A stretch of DNA of 64,000 nt from an uncultured Actinomycetes bacterium (GTDB taxonomy: Bacteria; Actinomycetota; Thermoleophilia; RBG-16-64-13): assembly GCA_963841735.1 (NCBI GenBank), contig CAWJDT010000005.1:96001-160000 (forward strand), written 5' to 3'. The stretch's first letter is position 1. Each line of letters opens with the position of its first letter. A program made the position numbers and the translations under genes. The notes under the pieces were generated by a model that was not told the DNA's origin, made no database searches, and saw only the letters and a list, made by a program, of their open reading frames with translations. Below are positions 42,734-54,367 of the stretch, piece after piece.

Positions 42734-43552
42734 TCAGCCGACCTGCCTCGCCCCCACCGGAGGGAGCGGTTGCATCAGGGCGCGTACGGCCACGCCCACG
42801 TCCGGTTCCCGCAAGAGACTCTCCCCCACCAGAACGCCATCGACACCCATGGAGCCAACTTGACCACGTCGGCATGGTCCCGGATGCCGCTCTCGCTCAC
42901 CAACAGCCGCCCCGCGGGCACCAGCCCCGCCAGCCGGTCCGTGGTTTCCAGCGAGACCGCGAAGGTGCGCAGATCGCGGTTGTTCACGCCTATCACTGCG
43001 CCCTCCACCGCAAGCGCCCTGGCCAACTCGGCCTCGTCGTGCACCTCCAAGAGTACGTCCAGACCAAGGCTCTGACGCCAGTGCCGACAGATCACGCAGC
43101 GCCCCGTCGTCGAGAAGCGCCGCGATGAGAAGCACGGCGGAAGCCCCCCAGACCCGAGCCTCATGGACTTGGTAGGCCTCGACGATGAAGTCCTTCCGCA
43201 GCACGGGAAGCGTGGTAGCCGCCACCGCGGCCTGCAGGTCGTCCAGACTGCCAAGAAAGTGGTCCTGCTCGGTGAGCACCGAGATCGCCCGGGCTCCGGC
43301 CTGCTCGTAGGCCTGCACCAGCGGTCGCGACCTCCAGGCCGGGCCGGATGGGACCTTTGCTCGGGGAGGCCCGCTTGACCTCTGCGATGAGCGACACGCC
43401 GGCAGCAGAGACGGCCGCCGCGAACGACGGTCGCCCGGCCGGGCCCGCTCATGGCCTTCAGCTTCGTCAGCGGCAGGCGGCTGCTGCGCTCGTAGACGCG
43501 GCGTCGCACCGCCGGCACAGATGCGGTCCAGATAGGTGCCCGCCTCGCTCAC
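42734..43552 (-). CDS. trpC: Indole-3-glycerol phosphate synthase (frameshifted)
   Basis: [50 protein letters not shown]. Confidence 0.93.
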   Translation of the reverse strand: MSEAGTYLDRICAGGATPRLRAQQPPAADEAEGHERARPGDRRSRRPSLLPACRSSQRSSGPPRAKVPSGPAWRSRPLVQAYEQAGARAISVLTEQDHFLGSLDDLQAAVAATTLPVLRKDFIVEAYQVHEARVWGASAVLLIAALLDDGALRDLSALASEPWSGRTLGGARRGRVGQGACGGGRSDRREQPRSAHLRGLAGNHGPAGGAGARGAAVGERERHPGPCRRGQVGSMGVDGVLVGESLLREPDVGVAVRALMQPLPPVGARQVG

Positions 43553-44668
43553 GCCGCTCCCCGGCCAGCTCGTTGGTCACGGCCACCAACTGTTCGAGCA
43601 GACGGGCGGCGGCGCCCGAGTCTATGGAGTGCGCGGCCACTGTCGATGCCCTGGCGAGATCGACGGAGCGGCGCCCGCCACATACAGAGCGGCGGCGGCG
43701 TTGAGCAGCACCGCGTCGCGCGGCGCGCCCTCGGCGCCGGCCAGGACCGCCCGGGTGATGACCGCGTTCTCGGCGGGATCCCCGCCCAGCAGGGCCGCCA
43801 GATCGTGCACCCGCAGGCCGCACTCCTCGGGGTCAAGCGTGTAGGGCGCACCGACCTCCCCATCTCTCACCTCTATCACCGTGCTGGGCCCGGCCACCGA
43901 CAACTCGTCCATGCCCTCGGCCCCGTGCACCAGCAGGGCGTGTTCGCAGCCCACCCGGGCGAGCGCTCCCGCCAGCACTTCCAGATACTCGGCGGCGCCC
44001 ACACCCAACAGTTGCCTACGCACCCCCGCCGGGTTGGTCAGCGGCCCCAGGAAGTTGAAGACCGTGCGTACGCCCAGAGCCCGGCGCACGCCCGCGACCT
44101 TGCCCATGGCCGGATGGTGGAGCGAGGCCAGCATGAAACCCATGCCCACGCGCTCCAGACAGGCCGCCACCTCGGCCGGCGTGAGATCTACGCGCACGCC
44201 CAGCGCCTCCAGCAGATCGGCCGAGCCGCAGCGCGAACTGGCCGCGCGGTTGCCGTGCTTGGCCACCTTGACCCCGGCGCCGGCCACCACGAACGCCGCC
44301 GTGGTGGAGATGTTGAACGTGCCCAGTTGGTCTCCGCCCGTGCCGACGATGTCCACCAGAACGTCCCGGCCGGACGTCTCTACCGGGACGGCAAGCCGGC
44401 GCATGGTCTCGAGCAGCCCGGCGATCTCTTCGGCGGTCTCACCCTTGACCCGCAGGGCCATGAGAAACGCCGCCGCCTGCGCCTCGCCGGCCGTGCCGCT
44501 CGACGATCTGTTCGAGGGCCCAGCGCCGCCTCCTCCCGGGTGAGATCGCGCCCCTCGGCCAGCCGCTGAAGGACGTGCGGCGAAGCCCAGGCCGGAGGCG
44601 GTGCCGGCGGCGTCGCGGGACCCGCGCCGGCGCCGAGGCGGGCGCCCGGCGGCGCCTGGTCCGGCCAC

Positions 44669-44672
<4 letters not shown>
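43549..44672 (-). CDS. trpD: Anthranilate phosphoribosyltransferase (frameshifted)
   Basis: [48 protein letters not shown]. Confidence 0.94.
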
Positions 44673-45348
<676 letters not shown>

Positions 45349-45351
45349 GAC

Positions 45352-46929
<1,578 letters not shown>

Positions 46930-46935
46930 GGCGGC

Positions 46936-47323
46936 CTACCCTTCTCGGGCAGATGACTGCGCGAGAAACGGCGGCTGCTCTCCGGTGGGAGAGCTGAGCC
47001 ATCGGCCGTCGAAGCAGGAGTGAATCCCCTGTGTGGCAGGCTGCGCCGGTCTGCTCCACTAGGGCCAGCAGAGTGTCGGCGTCGCAGTCGTAGTGCAGTT
47101 CGCGCACCTTCTGAAAGTGGCCCGAGGTGGCCCCTTTGTTCCAGAATTCGTTGCGCGACCGGCTCCAGAACCAGGTGGTGCCCGTCTCTAGAGTGCGGCG
47201 CAGCGACTCCTCGTTCATGTAGGCGAGCATGAGCACCTCGCCGGTGTTCCATTCCTGCACTATGCACGGAATGAGTCCGTTGGAGTCGTACTTGATCTGT
47301 GGGTTGTCGGCCTGTTCTTGCAT
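46936..47323 (-). CDS. hisI: Phosphoribosyl-AMP cyclohydrolase (1-nt frameshift in a G run near 47027)
   Basis: [39 protein letters not shown] then HSCF in the shifted frame. Confidence 0.93.
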
Positions 47324-47346
47324 CTTAGTCCCTTCGTGATCGCTAA

Positions 47347-47437
47347 CCAGCCAGATGACGCATCACTGCGCCGGAACCGGCCACGATGACCAAAGTCATC
47401 CGGCCGCTGGAGGCGCCCCCCGCTCGAAGCGAGGGGC
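47347..47437 (-). promoter_or_regulatory. Mutually exclusive hairpins of a putative attenuator
   Basis: Hairpins at 47415-47437 and 47378-47406; segment 47395-47410 can instead pair with 47347-47359. Confidence 0.55.
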
Positions 47438-47562
47438 TAGAACCACAAGGGTTGCCAGCCGCGAAAAGAACCGGAGTGCTGATGATGCTGCCACACACCG
47501 GTCCCGGACGGGATCAAGGCACTGGGGTGCCGCTCGGTCGTATGTGTGGCTTTCTTGTCCAT
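47437..47562 (-). CDS. Putative His/Trp-rich leader peptide (41 aa)
   Basis: MDKKATHTTERHPSALIPSGTGVWQHHQHSGSFRGWQPLWF*; GGAG RBS; lies between the promoter and hisI. Confidence 0.6.
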   Translation of the reverse strand: MDKKATHTTERHPSALIPSGTGVWQHHQHSGSFRGWQPLWF

Positions 47563-47599
47563 TTTCCCCGCTCCGTCAGCAGTTCGGTAGCGAATGGGT

Positions 47600-47628
47600 A
47601 TGATACACGGCGGAGCGTTTCCTGTGAA
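47600..47628 (-). promoter_or_regulatory. Sigma70-type promoter TTCACA-N17-TATCAT of the hisI-trp operon
   Basis: Minus strand TTCACA (47628-47623), 17-nt spacer, TATCAT (47605-47600). Confidence 0.65.
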
Positions 47629-47653
47629 GTAACAGGGTAACCAGGGATGGAGC

Positions 47654-49072
47654 GTGGTGCGAGTGGGCGGTGCGGCATATGACGGCGACTTGGCGGGCGG
47701 CGGGCCCGCGGGCGCAAACGCCCGGACCGGCGGCGGCGCGGTCCCCGGCGATCCCCGAACCGGCGGCGCTTTGACCGGCGCCGATTCGACCGTTGGCGGT
47801 GCCGCCCGCGGCGCCGCCGCCGAGATGATCTTCAGCGGTGACGAGCTGCTGCGCGGCGACACACTCAACACCAACCAGACCTACTTGGGCGAGCGGTTGC
47901 TCGACCTCGGCATCTTCGCCACCCACGCGCTCTGCGTCACCGACGACCTGGCAGCCATGGTCGAGGCCATCCGAGCCAGCCTGGCCCGGCGCCCGCTGGT
48001 GCTGGTGCTTTCGGGCGGACTGGGCCCCACCGACGGACGATCTCACCCGCGAGGCCGTCGCGGAGGCCCTTGGCCGGCCGCTGGAGCAGCACGACGACCT
48101 GCTCGCAGCGATCACGGCGCGGTTCGCCTCTCGGGGCTTCGTCATGGGCGACATCAACCGCAAACAGGCCCTCATCCCCCGAGGCGCCTCCGCCATCCCC
48201 CTCGCCGGCACGGCGCCGGGTTTCCACGTCCAGCAGGGAGATACCCTGGTGGTCGCTCTGCCCGGCGTGCCCTGGGAGCTCAAGCAGATGTGGGAAGAGA
48301 GCGTGGAGCCGCTGCTGCGCGCGCGGGCGGCGGCGCTGGCCACCGGCGCCGGCGCGACCTTCCAGAGCCAAGACGGTCGGCGCATCCGCACCTTCGGCAT
48401 CGGTGAGTCGATGCTGGCCGAGATACTGGGCGAGTTCGACTGGCACGACCCCGCTGGCCGCCATCGGCACGAGAGCCAATCTGGACGGGGTCACCATCAT
48501 CCTGCGCGGGCAGGCGTCACCCGAGGGTGCGAGCCGGCTGGACGACGTGGAGCGGCGCGTGCTGGCCATCCTGGGAGAGCGCGTCTACAGCGTGACCGGC
48601 GAGGACCTCCAGGTGGTCGTAGGCGAGCTGCTCCGGCCGGCCGGCCTCACCGTGGCGGTGGCCGAGTCGTGCACCGGGGGTCTGGTGGGCAAGCACCTCA
48701 CCGACGTGCCGGGCAGCAGCGACTACTTCTTGGGCGGGGTGACCGCCTACGACAACCGCGTTAAGACCGAGGTGCTGGGAGTGCCGGCGGACATGCTGGC
48801 CGCGCACGGCGCCGTGAGCCCCGAGGTGGCCGCGGCGATGGCCGAAGGAGTATGCAGGCTGCTTGGTGCCGATTGCGCGCTCTCCACCACCGGGGTGGCG
48901 GGCCCCGACGGCGGCACGGCGACAAAGCCCGTCGGGCTCGTCTACATCGGCTAGCGTGGTGAACGGAGTCACCCAGGTGGAGCGCCTCCGCTCCCCCGGG
49001 CAACGCGAACATATCCGAGAGCGCGCCGCCTTCGCCGCGCTCGATCTGCTGCGCCGGCGACTACTGCGCTAG
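47654..49072 (+). CDS. cinA: CinA family protein (MoCF/ADP-ribose pyrophosphatase plus NMN deamidase); frameshifted, start uncertain
   Basis: GDELLRGDTLNTN, SGGLGPT, GTAPG, LPGVPWE, AESCTGG, GAVS, TGVAGPDGG..KPVGLVY. Confidence 0.9.
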
Positions 49073-49079
49073 ACCACAG

Positions 49080-50054
49080 CTACCACTTGTGATGCACCTG
49101 CGCGCGGATGTGACGGTCGTAGATCGCTCGCATCGTCGCCATGGCCGAGTCGGAGAGCGGAGGCAAGTCGGCCGCACGAACGTTGTCCTCGGCCTGCGCG
49201 GGGCCTCTGGCTCCGGGTATGGCGCACGTCACGTCCTCGAACATCAATATCCACCGCAAAGCCATCTGCGCCATGGTGGCTCCCGGCGGCACGAGCGGAC
49301 GTAGCTCCTCGACGGCCTGCAGTCCCGCCTCGAAATCCACTCCGGAGAACGTCTCTCCGCGATCGAACGATTGGCCCTCGCGGTTGTAGTTGCGATGGTC
49401 GTCAGCAGCAAAGGTAGTCTCGCGCGTCACCTTGCCGGTCAGCATGCCCGAAGCCAACGGCACCCGTGCGAGGATGCCCACGCGGCGGCGCTTGGCCTCC
49501 GGGAAGAAGTCGTCCGCGGGTCGCTGACGGAAGATGTTGAAGATGATCTGCACCGACTGCACGCCGGGGAACTCTATGGCCTTCAGCGCATCCTCGATAC
49601 GCTCCACGCTGACACCGTAGTGGCGCAGCTTGCCCTGTTTCACCAGCTCGTCCAGGATACCGAACGTCTCGGATTTGTAGACCTCTGGCGGCGGAACGTG
49701 CAGTTGCATAAGGTCGATGGTCTCGACGCCAAGATCGCGCAGGCTGCCATCGACGGCGGCCGTCATGTTCTCAAGCGTGAATGCCTTGGGATCATGATTG
49801 AGCCGCACGCCCAGCTTCGTGGCTATGTAGAACGGCTCGCTTCGCTCGCGGCGCAGCCGGCCGACCAGATGCTCGCTGCCGTACACGTCGGCGGTGTCGA
49901 AGAAGTTGACGCCCAGATCCAGAGCGCGGTGAAGAGCGGCAAGCGACTCGACGTCGTCCACCGGCCCCCATTGACTGCCCATCGCCCATGTGCCAAGACC
50001 GATGGTCGAGACATTCCAGCCTGTGCGTCCGAACTCGCGGTATTCCATGTTCAT
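49080..50054 (-). CDS. Aldo/keto reductase
   Basis: IGLGTWAMG, FFDTADVYG, IATK, IDLMQLH, PLASGML, AIPGA. Confidence 0.92.
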   Translation of the reverse strand: MNMEYREFGRTGWNVSTIGLGTWAMGSQWGPVDDVESLAALHRALDLGVNFFDTADVYGSEHLVGRLRRERSEPFYIATKLGVRLNHDPKAFTLENMTAAVDGSLRDLGVETIDLMQLHVPPPEVYKSETFGILDELVKQGKLRHYGVSVERIEDALKAIEFPGVQSVQIIFNIFRQRPADDFFPEAKRRRVGILARVPLASGMLTGKVTRETTFAADDHRNYNREGQSFDRGETFSGVDFEAGLQAVEELRPLVPPGATMAQMALRWILMFEDVTCAIPGARGPAQAEDNVRAADLPPLSDSAMATMRAIYDRHIRAQVHHKW

Positions 50055-50175
50055 TCTCCACCTAGGTAGACGTGCCTGATGTTGATGCGCGTGACCGGCG
50101 AACCGGCAGCGCATCGCCCGAGTGGAGCATACCTCACATCACCGCTTTGTCCGCGTCGAAGCGCGGGTTCCATGC

Positions 50176-50265
50176 ACCTCACGCTAGCGCGTCAGCCGCG
50201 CCCGTTGGCCATGGTACTCCATGCGATAGACGACTCAGGAAGTCGGTTGCACTCGCTTGTTGGGC
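50176..50265 (-). mobile_element. attC site (degenerate R' end) of the GNAT cassette
   Basis: Minus strand GCCCAACAAG..GCAACCGAC..GCGGCTGACGCGCTAG-CGTGAGG; near-identical to the attC at 52909-52999. Confidence 0.75.
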
Positions 50266-50302
50266 GTGCCCGAAACCATGCGCGCAGAAACAACGCCAAC
50301 GG

Positions 50303-50842
50303 CTACTCCCGCCAGTACTCGGGCCTGTTGATCGCATCGGCACACACCACCGCACCTCGCACAGATCCGATAGCTCCAGGAGTCAGAGCCTGAACCATCC
50401 ACGCACCGGCATCTTCTTCGGCAATCGGAAATGGAGCAGCGAAACCCAGATGTCCTGCTGGTTCGAATCCATGGCGCGGGTAGTACTCGGGGTGTCCGAG
50501 CACGAAGACCAAGTCGACTCCCGCTTCCGAAAGCACATGCAAACCTTGTTCAATCAACTTGCCACCAATCCCTCGCCGCTGAACATCGGGGACGACGGCC
50601 AGCGGGGCCAGCAGACTGACACTCACAGCCTCGGACGCCTCTGAGATCCGGGCGGCTGTAAACAGAATATGGCCCACGGCTCGCTCGCCCTCAAAGGCAA
50701 GCAGGGAGAGGAGCGGTGAAGCACTTGGATCGTTCAGTAGGTTGCTGACAAGATCAGCTTCGTCGTCCTCGCCGAAAGCCTCACGCTCGATCCGCAGCAC
50801 GTCCGACAGGTCTGACTCCGTAGCCGATGCGATTCTCACCAT
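50303..50842 (-). CDS. GNAT N-acetyltransferase (YhbS-like), gene cassette
   Basis: VGHILF, LAPLAVVPDVQRRGIGGKLI, VFVLGHPEYYPRHGF. Confidence 0.9.
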   Translation of the reverse strand: MVRIASATESDLSDVLRIEREAFGEDDEADLVSNLLNDPSASPLLSLLAFEGERAVGHILFTAARISEASEAVSVSLLAPLAVVPDVQRRGIGGKLIEQGLHVLSEAGVDLVFVLGHPEYYPRHGFEPAGHLGFAAPFPIAEEDAGAWMVQALTPGAIGSVRGAVVCADAINRPEYWRE

Positions 50843-50873
50843 TCCTCCGATCTTCGCAACCCTTTGAGGCTAC

Positions 50874-50932
50874 GCCTAACGTCTCTGCCGGTCAGCGGCA
50901 GCCGCAGGCTGACTACTACTGGCTTGTTAGGC
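50874..50932 (-). mobile_element. attC site (59 bp) of the hicBA cassette
   Basis: GCCTAAC...GTTAGGC termini with an internal imperfect palindrome, 7 nt after the hicA stop. Confidence 0.85.
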
Positions 50933-50939
50933 CGGACTT

Positions 50940-51164
50940 TCACAGAAGACTCAGGAACTCGTCAATGGTCAAATGGACATCGGCCGCAATCTTGCGCAAC
51001 AGCGTAGGAGAGATATCGCGACCTGCGTGGAAAGGAACAGTGGTGCAGCGACCATCAGGGTGTCGGAACTGCTTGTGCGAGCCGCGCTGCCTGACCTCGC
51101 CGAAACCGTGCGCCTCGAGTAGAGCGACGACCTGCCTAGGCTTGAGGACCGGCAGGGTACCCAA
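50940..51164 (-). CDS. hicA: HicA toxin
   Basis: LEAHGF.EVRQRGSHKQFRHPDGR.TTVPFH. Confidence 0.92.
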   Translation of the reverse strand: MGTLPVLKPRQVVALLEAHGFGEVRQRGSHKQFRHPDGRCTTVPFHAGRDISPTLLRKIAADVHLTIDEFLSLL

Positions 51165-51166
51165 GG

Positions 51167-51376
51167 TCAGGCAACCTGGACTGTCCGCACGTCGACGAAC
51201 TCCGACTCAAGCGTCGGCTGACCGTCTTCCAGCAGCATCTCGATTACCTCGCGCAGATTCTGCTGCAGTTCATCAATGTCGGAGCCTTGGGTGTGTGCGC
51301 CTGGCCACCCCGGAACATAACCGACGAAGACACCGGTCTCAGGGTCCCGTTCGACGACAAAACGATAGGAACGCAC
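51167..51376 (-). CDS. hicB: HicB antitoxin (short form without DNA-binding domain)
   Basis: VVERD..FVGYVPGWPGAHTQG..ELQQNLREVIEML; GGAGG RBS before GTG 51376. Confidence 0.9.
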   Translation of the reverse strand: MRSYRFVVERDPETGVFVGYVPGWPGAHTQGSDIDELQQNLREVIEMLLEDGQPTLESEFVDVRTVQVA

Positions 51377-51432
51377 GGGCTCACCTCCTCGATACAACCA
51401 TACGATAGCCTACATCGCCACGGACGGTATCG

Positions 51433-51493
51433 ACCTAACGTCGTAGCCGGTCAGCCGCAGCCGCAGGCTGACTGCTGCACTTCTAAGTTGAAG
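51433..51493 (-). mobile_element. attC site (R'' half atypical), similar to 50874-50932
   Basis: ACCTAAC-GTCGTAGCCGGTCAGCCGCAGCCGCAGGCTGACTGCTGCAC..GTTGAAG; shares its core with the downstream attC. Confidence 0.7.
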
Positions 51494-51770
51494 TCACACA
51501 TCACCGTACCACCTCAGAAATGAAACGCGGTCATCGAGCGCTGCCGAAGCCCACCACAGGATCGGCCCCGCATACGGCCCCGCCGGCCAGCCGACGATCA
51601 CGGAGCCTTGGCCCTAGACGAGGCTGCGACTGAGGCACGGCCTGGGCCATGTTATTCGGCCACCACAGCCGCTCGCTGGAATCGGCCGAGACGATGACCA
51701 CCACCCTGTAGAAGAGAACGTCCTACTCAGAGGAAACGTTGCACTTCAAACTTGAAGTCAGGCAGTGGCC

Positions 51771-52790
51771 TCACTTCTCTCGCCACACGTAGTTGCCATC
51801 TAGGTCGATGTAGGCCATCTTCCCGTTCTCCTCTTCGACACGAACCAGTCCACCCCGGAAGTCCTGTGTGACCCTGAACTGCGTGGGAATAACCAGGGTG
51901 CCCGACTCGTCCATGAAGCCCCATGATCCCTCGGAGGTCTCCGGATCTTCGCCTGCCTCCAGCGCGGCTATGATCCCTCCACGGAGTACGGCCGCTCGTC
52001 CTTCCTTCAAGCCCATCACCTGGTCGTAGTCCAGTGTCTTGAGCACCCGTCCCGTCGTGTCGATGAGTTCGTACTTGAAGAAGTCGTACTCGACCACGGC
52101 GAGACCGTTGCTGAAAGGTGTGGCGCCATCGAATTGAGGCTTGATGACGTAGCCACCCTGCCGGTTTATGTAACCGTAACCGCCACCTGTCCGAACAGCG
52201 GCCAGACCTTCGCTGAAGTCGCCCACTGTAGTAGCCCACCGTAGTCGAATGACTACCTCACCCGACGTGTCTATGAAGCCATAACCTTCCTCCAGAAGCA
52301 CCCCGGCCAGACCCTCATGGAACTCGTAGGCCCCCTCGAACTCCGGTGGGATCACCACTTCACCGGTCTTGTCGATGTAGCCTATTCCTGAATCGGTGAC
52401 AAGTTGTGCTCGGCCGTCGAAGAAGGGGCCAACGTCCGCGAACTGGGGAGCGATCAACATCTTCCCCGACTCGTCGATGAACCCCCAGTCATCTCCTACC
52501 CTGACGGCCGCCACCCCATCAGAGAAATCCCAGGCTTCCTCGTACTGGAAGCCAAGGACCAAGCGACCGGTCTTGTCGATGAACCCCCATTTGCTACCCT
52601 GTCTCACGGGGAAGAGCGTGGGAAGCGTTGGTGCCGGGCCGGACCATTCTTCGATCGTTGCGTTCGTTACGCCTTGGATGGTGGTGTCCGTGAGTCTGCT
52701 GTCGCTATTCACGTTGTCGCAGGCCCCTAGCAAGCCAGCTGCAACGACTGTGATAACGATGACGACAAGCCATAGCAGGCGACTCTGCAC
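51771..52790 (-). CDS. WG-repeat (KWG) lipoprotein, gene cassette
   Basis: Lipobox LGAC; repeated FSxGLAAV..WGFIDxxG units. Confidence 0.88.
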   Translation of the reverse strand: MQSRLLWLVVIVITVVAAGLLGACDNVNSDSRLTDTTIQGVTNATIEEWSGPAPTLPTLFPVRQGSKWGFIDKTGRLVLGFQYEEAWDFSDGVAAVRVGDDWGFIDESGKMLIAPQFADVGPFFDGRAQLVTDSGIGYIDKTGEVVIPPEFEGAYEFHEGLAGVLLEEGYGFIDTSGEVVIRLRWATTVGDFSEGLAAVRTGGGYGYINRQGGYVIKPQFDGATPFSNGLAVVEYDFFKYELIDTTGRVLKTLDYDQVMGLKEGRAAVLRGGIIAALEAGEDPETSEGSWGFMDESGTLVIPTQFRVTQDFRGGLVRVEEENGKMAYIDLDGNYVWREK

Positions 52791-52908
52791 TTGTTTCCCC
52801 CCTCTTCGGAGTGACGCCCAGCTCAAGCATCACCACGGACGCTGGCCCCTACGCTTGGGTTGCGACCAAACGCTATCCCGATGTTTGAAGTCCACGAAGC
52901 ACGCATCT

Positions 52909-52999
52909 GGCTAACGTTCTAGCGCGTCAGCCGCGCCCGTTGGCCATGGTACTCCATGCAACAGACAACGCCGGTGTCGGTTGCACGCACTTGTTAGAC
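52909..52999 (-). mobile_element. attC site (91 bp) of the first cassette
   Basis: Minus strand GTCTAACAAGTGCGTGCAACCGAC..GCGGCTGACGCGCTAGAACGTTAGCC; R'' GTCTAAC is complementary to the GTTAGAC at the cassette start. Confidence 0.88.
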
Positions 53000-53007
53000 A
53001 CGAAGCG

Positions 53008-53817
53008 TCAGCCACACAACTCACCAACCCTCACGACATCAAGCTGTGCTATCGACGAAAGCGCTCTCTTTGCCTTGCGAAAGACCTCTGCCTGGAACCT
53101 CTCCGTGACAACCGCCTCCATATAGGGCGCCGCCGCCATGATCCGAACGTCCGTAACGTCGCTTGCCTCATGAACCCGCCCCGGCTCACGAATACGATAG
53201 AACTGCGAATACAGCATAGCCTGCAGCGCAGGGAATCGGTTTATGTCCAGTGTGCTACCCGAGTTCAGGAGTCCCGCCGTCCAAGATTGGTGATTCTCGG
53301 CCAAGTGAACAACCACTGACTCGGCGACGTACTGGTCAGCTTTGCGACCGTCGTTCGAACGTGAGACCCACTCCCGGAGGGTGTCATTCTCATCGTCGCG
53401 CCACCCGGCCTCAAGCTCGATCATCCAGTCCTGCACAAAGAGCTTCTCTAGGAACGGCCGCAGGAAGTGCCTGTCTTCGGACCCAGCCAGAGTGAAGGCG
53501 TTGAGCAACGGAGGTCCAGCTGGATAGTGGTGATAGGCCGCCACCTCTGCCGCCACGATGCGCGAATATGGCTCAAGAAGGAAGCTCGGATACCTTGAGA
53601 AGAAGTCGAGCCAGGCATCGTATAGTCGTAGATGCTCTGGGGCACGACGCAATTCGATGACGTTGTAGATTGTCCAGCATGGCGCCCAATCACTTGGGGG
53701 AAACCGCTCGATGAAAGCGTGCCCAAAGGTGTCGCGATGCTCGACGATGTTGCTCAAGGCGTTTGTGTCGAGCAAGCACAGTCTGTACTCGGTGCCGCTG
53801 TCGCTCATCCACGACAT
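53008..53817 (-). CDS. Hypothetical protein with PIN-like motifs, first gene cassette
   Basis: LLDTNAL near the N-terminus, DVTDVRI and VVTER near the C-terminus; bounded by attI-like and attC sites. Confidence 0.55.
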   Translation of the reverse strand: MSWMSDSGTEYRLCLLDTNALSNIVEHRDTFGHAFIERFPPSDWAPCWTIYNVIELRRAPEHLRLYDAWLDFFSRYPSFLLEPYSRIVAAEVAAYHHYPAGPPLLNAFTLAGSEDRHFLRPFLEKLFVQDWMIELEAGWRDDENDTLREWVSRSNDGRKADQYVAESVVVHLAENHQSWTAGLLNSGSTLDINRFPALQAMLYSQFYRIREPGRVHEASDVTDVRIMAAAPYMEAVVTERFQAEVFRKAKRALSSIAQLDVVRVGELCG

Positions 53818-53844
53818 TCGCGCCGCGCGCCTCCCAGCGTCTGT

Positions 53845-53863
53845 GTCTAACAATGCTTATCCA
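53845..53863 (-). mobile_element. attI-like recombination site
   Basis: Minus strand TGGATAAGCATTGTTAGAC: GTTRRRY core with no attC palindrome upstream, at the intI-proximal end of the array. Confidence 0.6.
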
Positions 53864-53896
53864 GTCTGCCCAAATAGACCGACGAAGCACCAGGGT

Positions 53897-53999
53897 GTCT
53901 GCATAACTCCGGGTGCGAATCTCAAAACGGCCCCCCTGGTCGGCCTTCCGAGCGGTTTCTGAACCCAGGACGCCCGCTCGGTCTTGGGGTTATGCAGAC
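53897..53999. repeat. Inverted repeat GTCTGCATAAC / GTTATGCAGAC in the intI-attI spacer
   Basis: 11-bp perfect arms at 53897-53907 and 53989-53999. Confidence 0.7.
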
Positions 54000-54000
54000 T

Positions 54001-54367
54001 TCCATGAGAAGCCGGCCGGTGTCAAGAGCGATTCTTGGGTTGCTTCTTCCTCCTCTGCTCGGTTTCTATCATCCCTCTTCCGCCGCGAAGAGCCAAGACC
54101 ACGGCCACGCTTCCATTCGCACTTTTTGTCGGGAACCTATGGCGGGACCCGGTGCACGTTGGGGTCCGGCCGGGGGAAGCGCTGCTATCTGTATAGCGGC
54201 CTTGGGGACGGCACCGGGTTGGTGTCGTTCTGTACGGCCGAGTCTGTGTGCGCAGTCGCTTTCACCCTGGGCGGTTGGTCTTTTTGCTGGTCTCCTGCGA
54301 TGGGTTCACCCGCCGGTCTTCCTTGGTTATCGATCCTTCCCGTCGGCATCTCTCATCTTCACCGCTC
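54001..54367 (-). ncRNA. Putative bridge/seekRNA region of the IS1111-type element (exact ends unknown)
   Basis: Contains CAGACT, TATACAGAT and ATGGAAG segments matching the insertion flanks and the IS end. Confidence 0.6.

Noticed and set aside
50176-53999. Repeated palindromes as a CRISPR array or REP elements
   Set aside because: They are spaced by whole genes, have RYYYAAC/GTTRRRY ends and there are no cas genes; they fit attC sites
53897-53999. GCATAAC...GTTATGC inverted repeat as an additional attC
   Set aside because: No preceding gene and no inner L-box pairing like the other attCs; it lies between intI and the attI-like site, so it is treated as part of the integron platform
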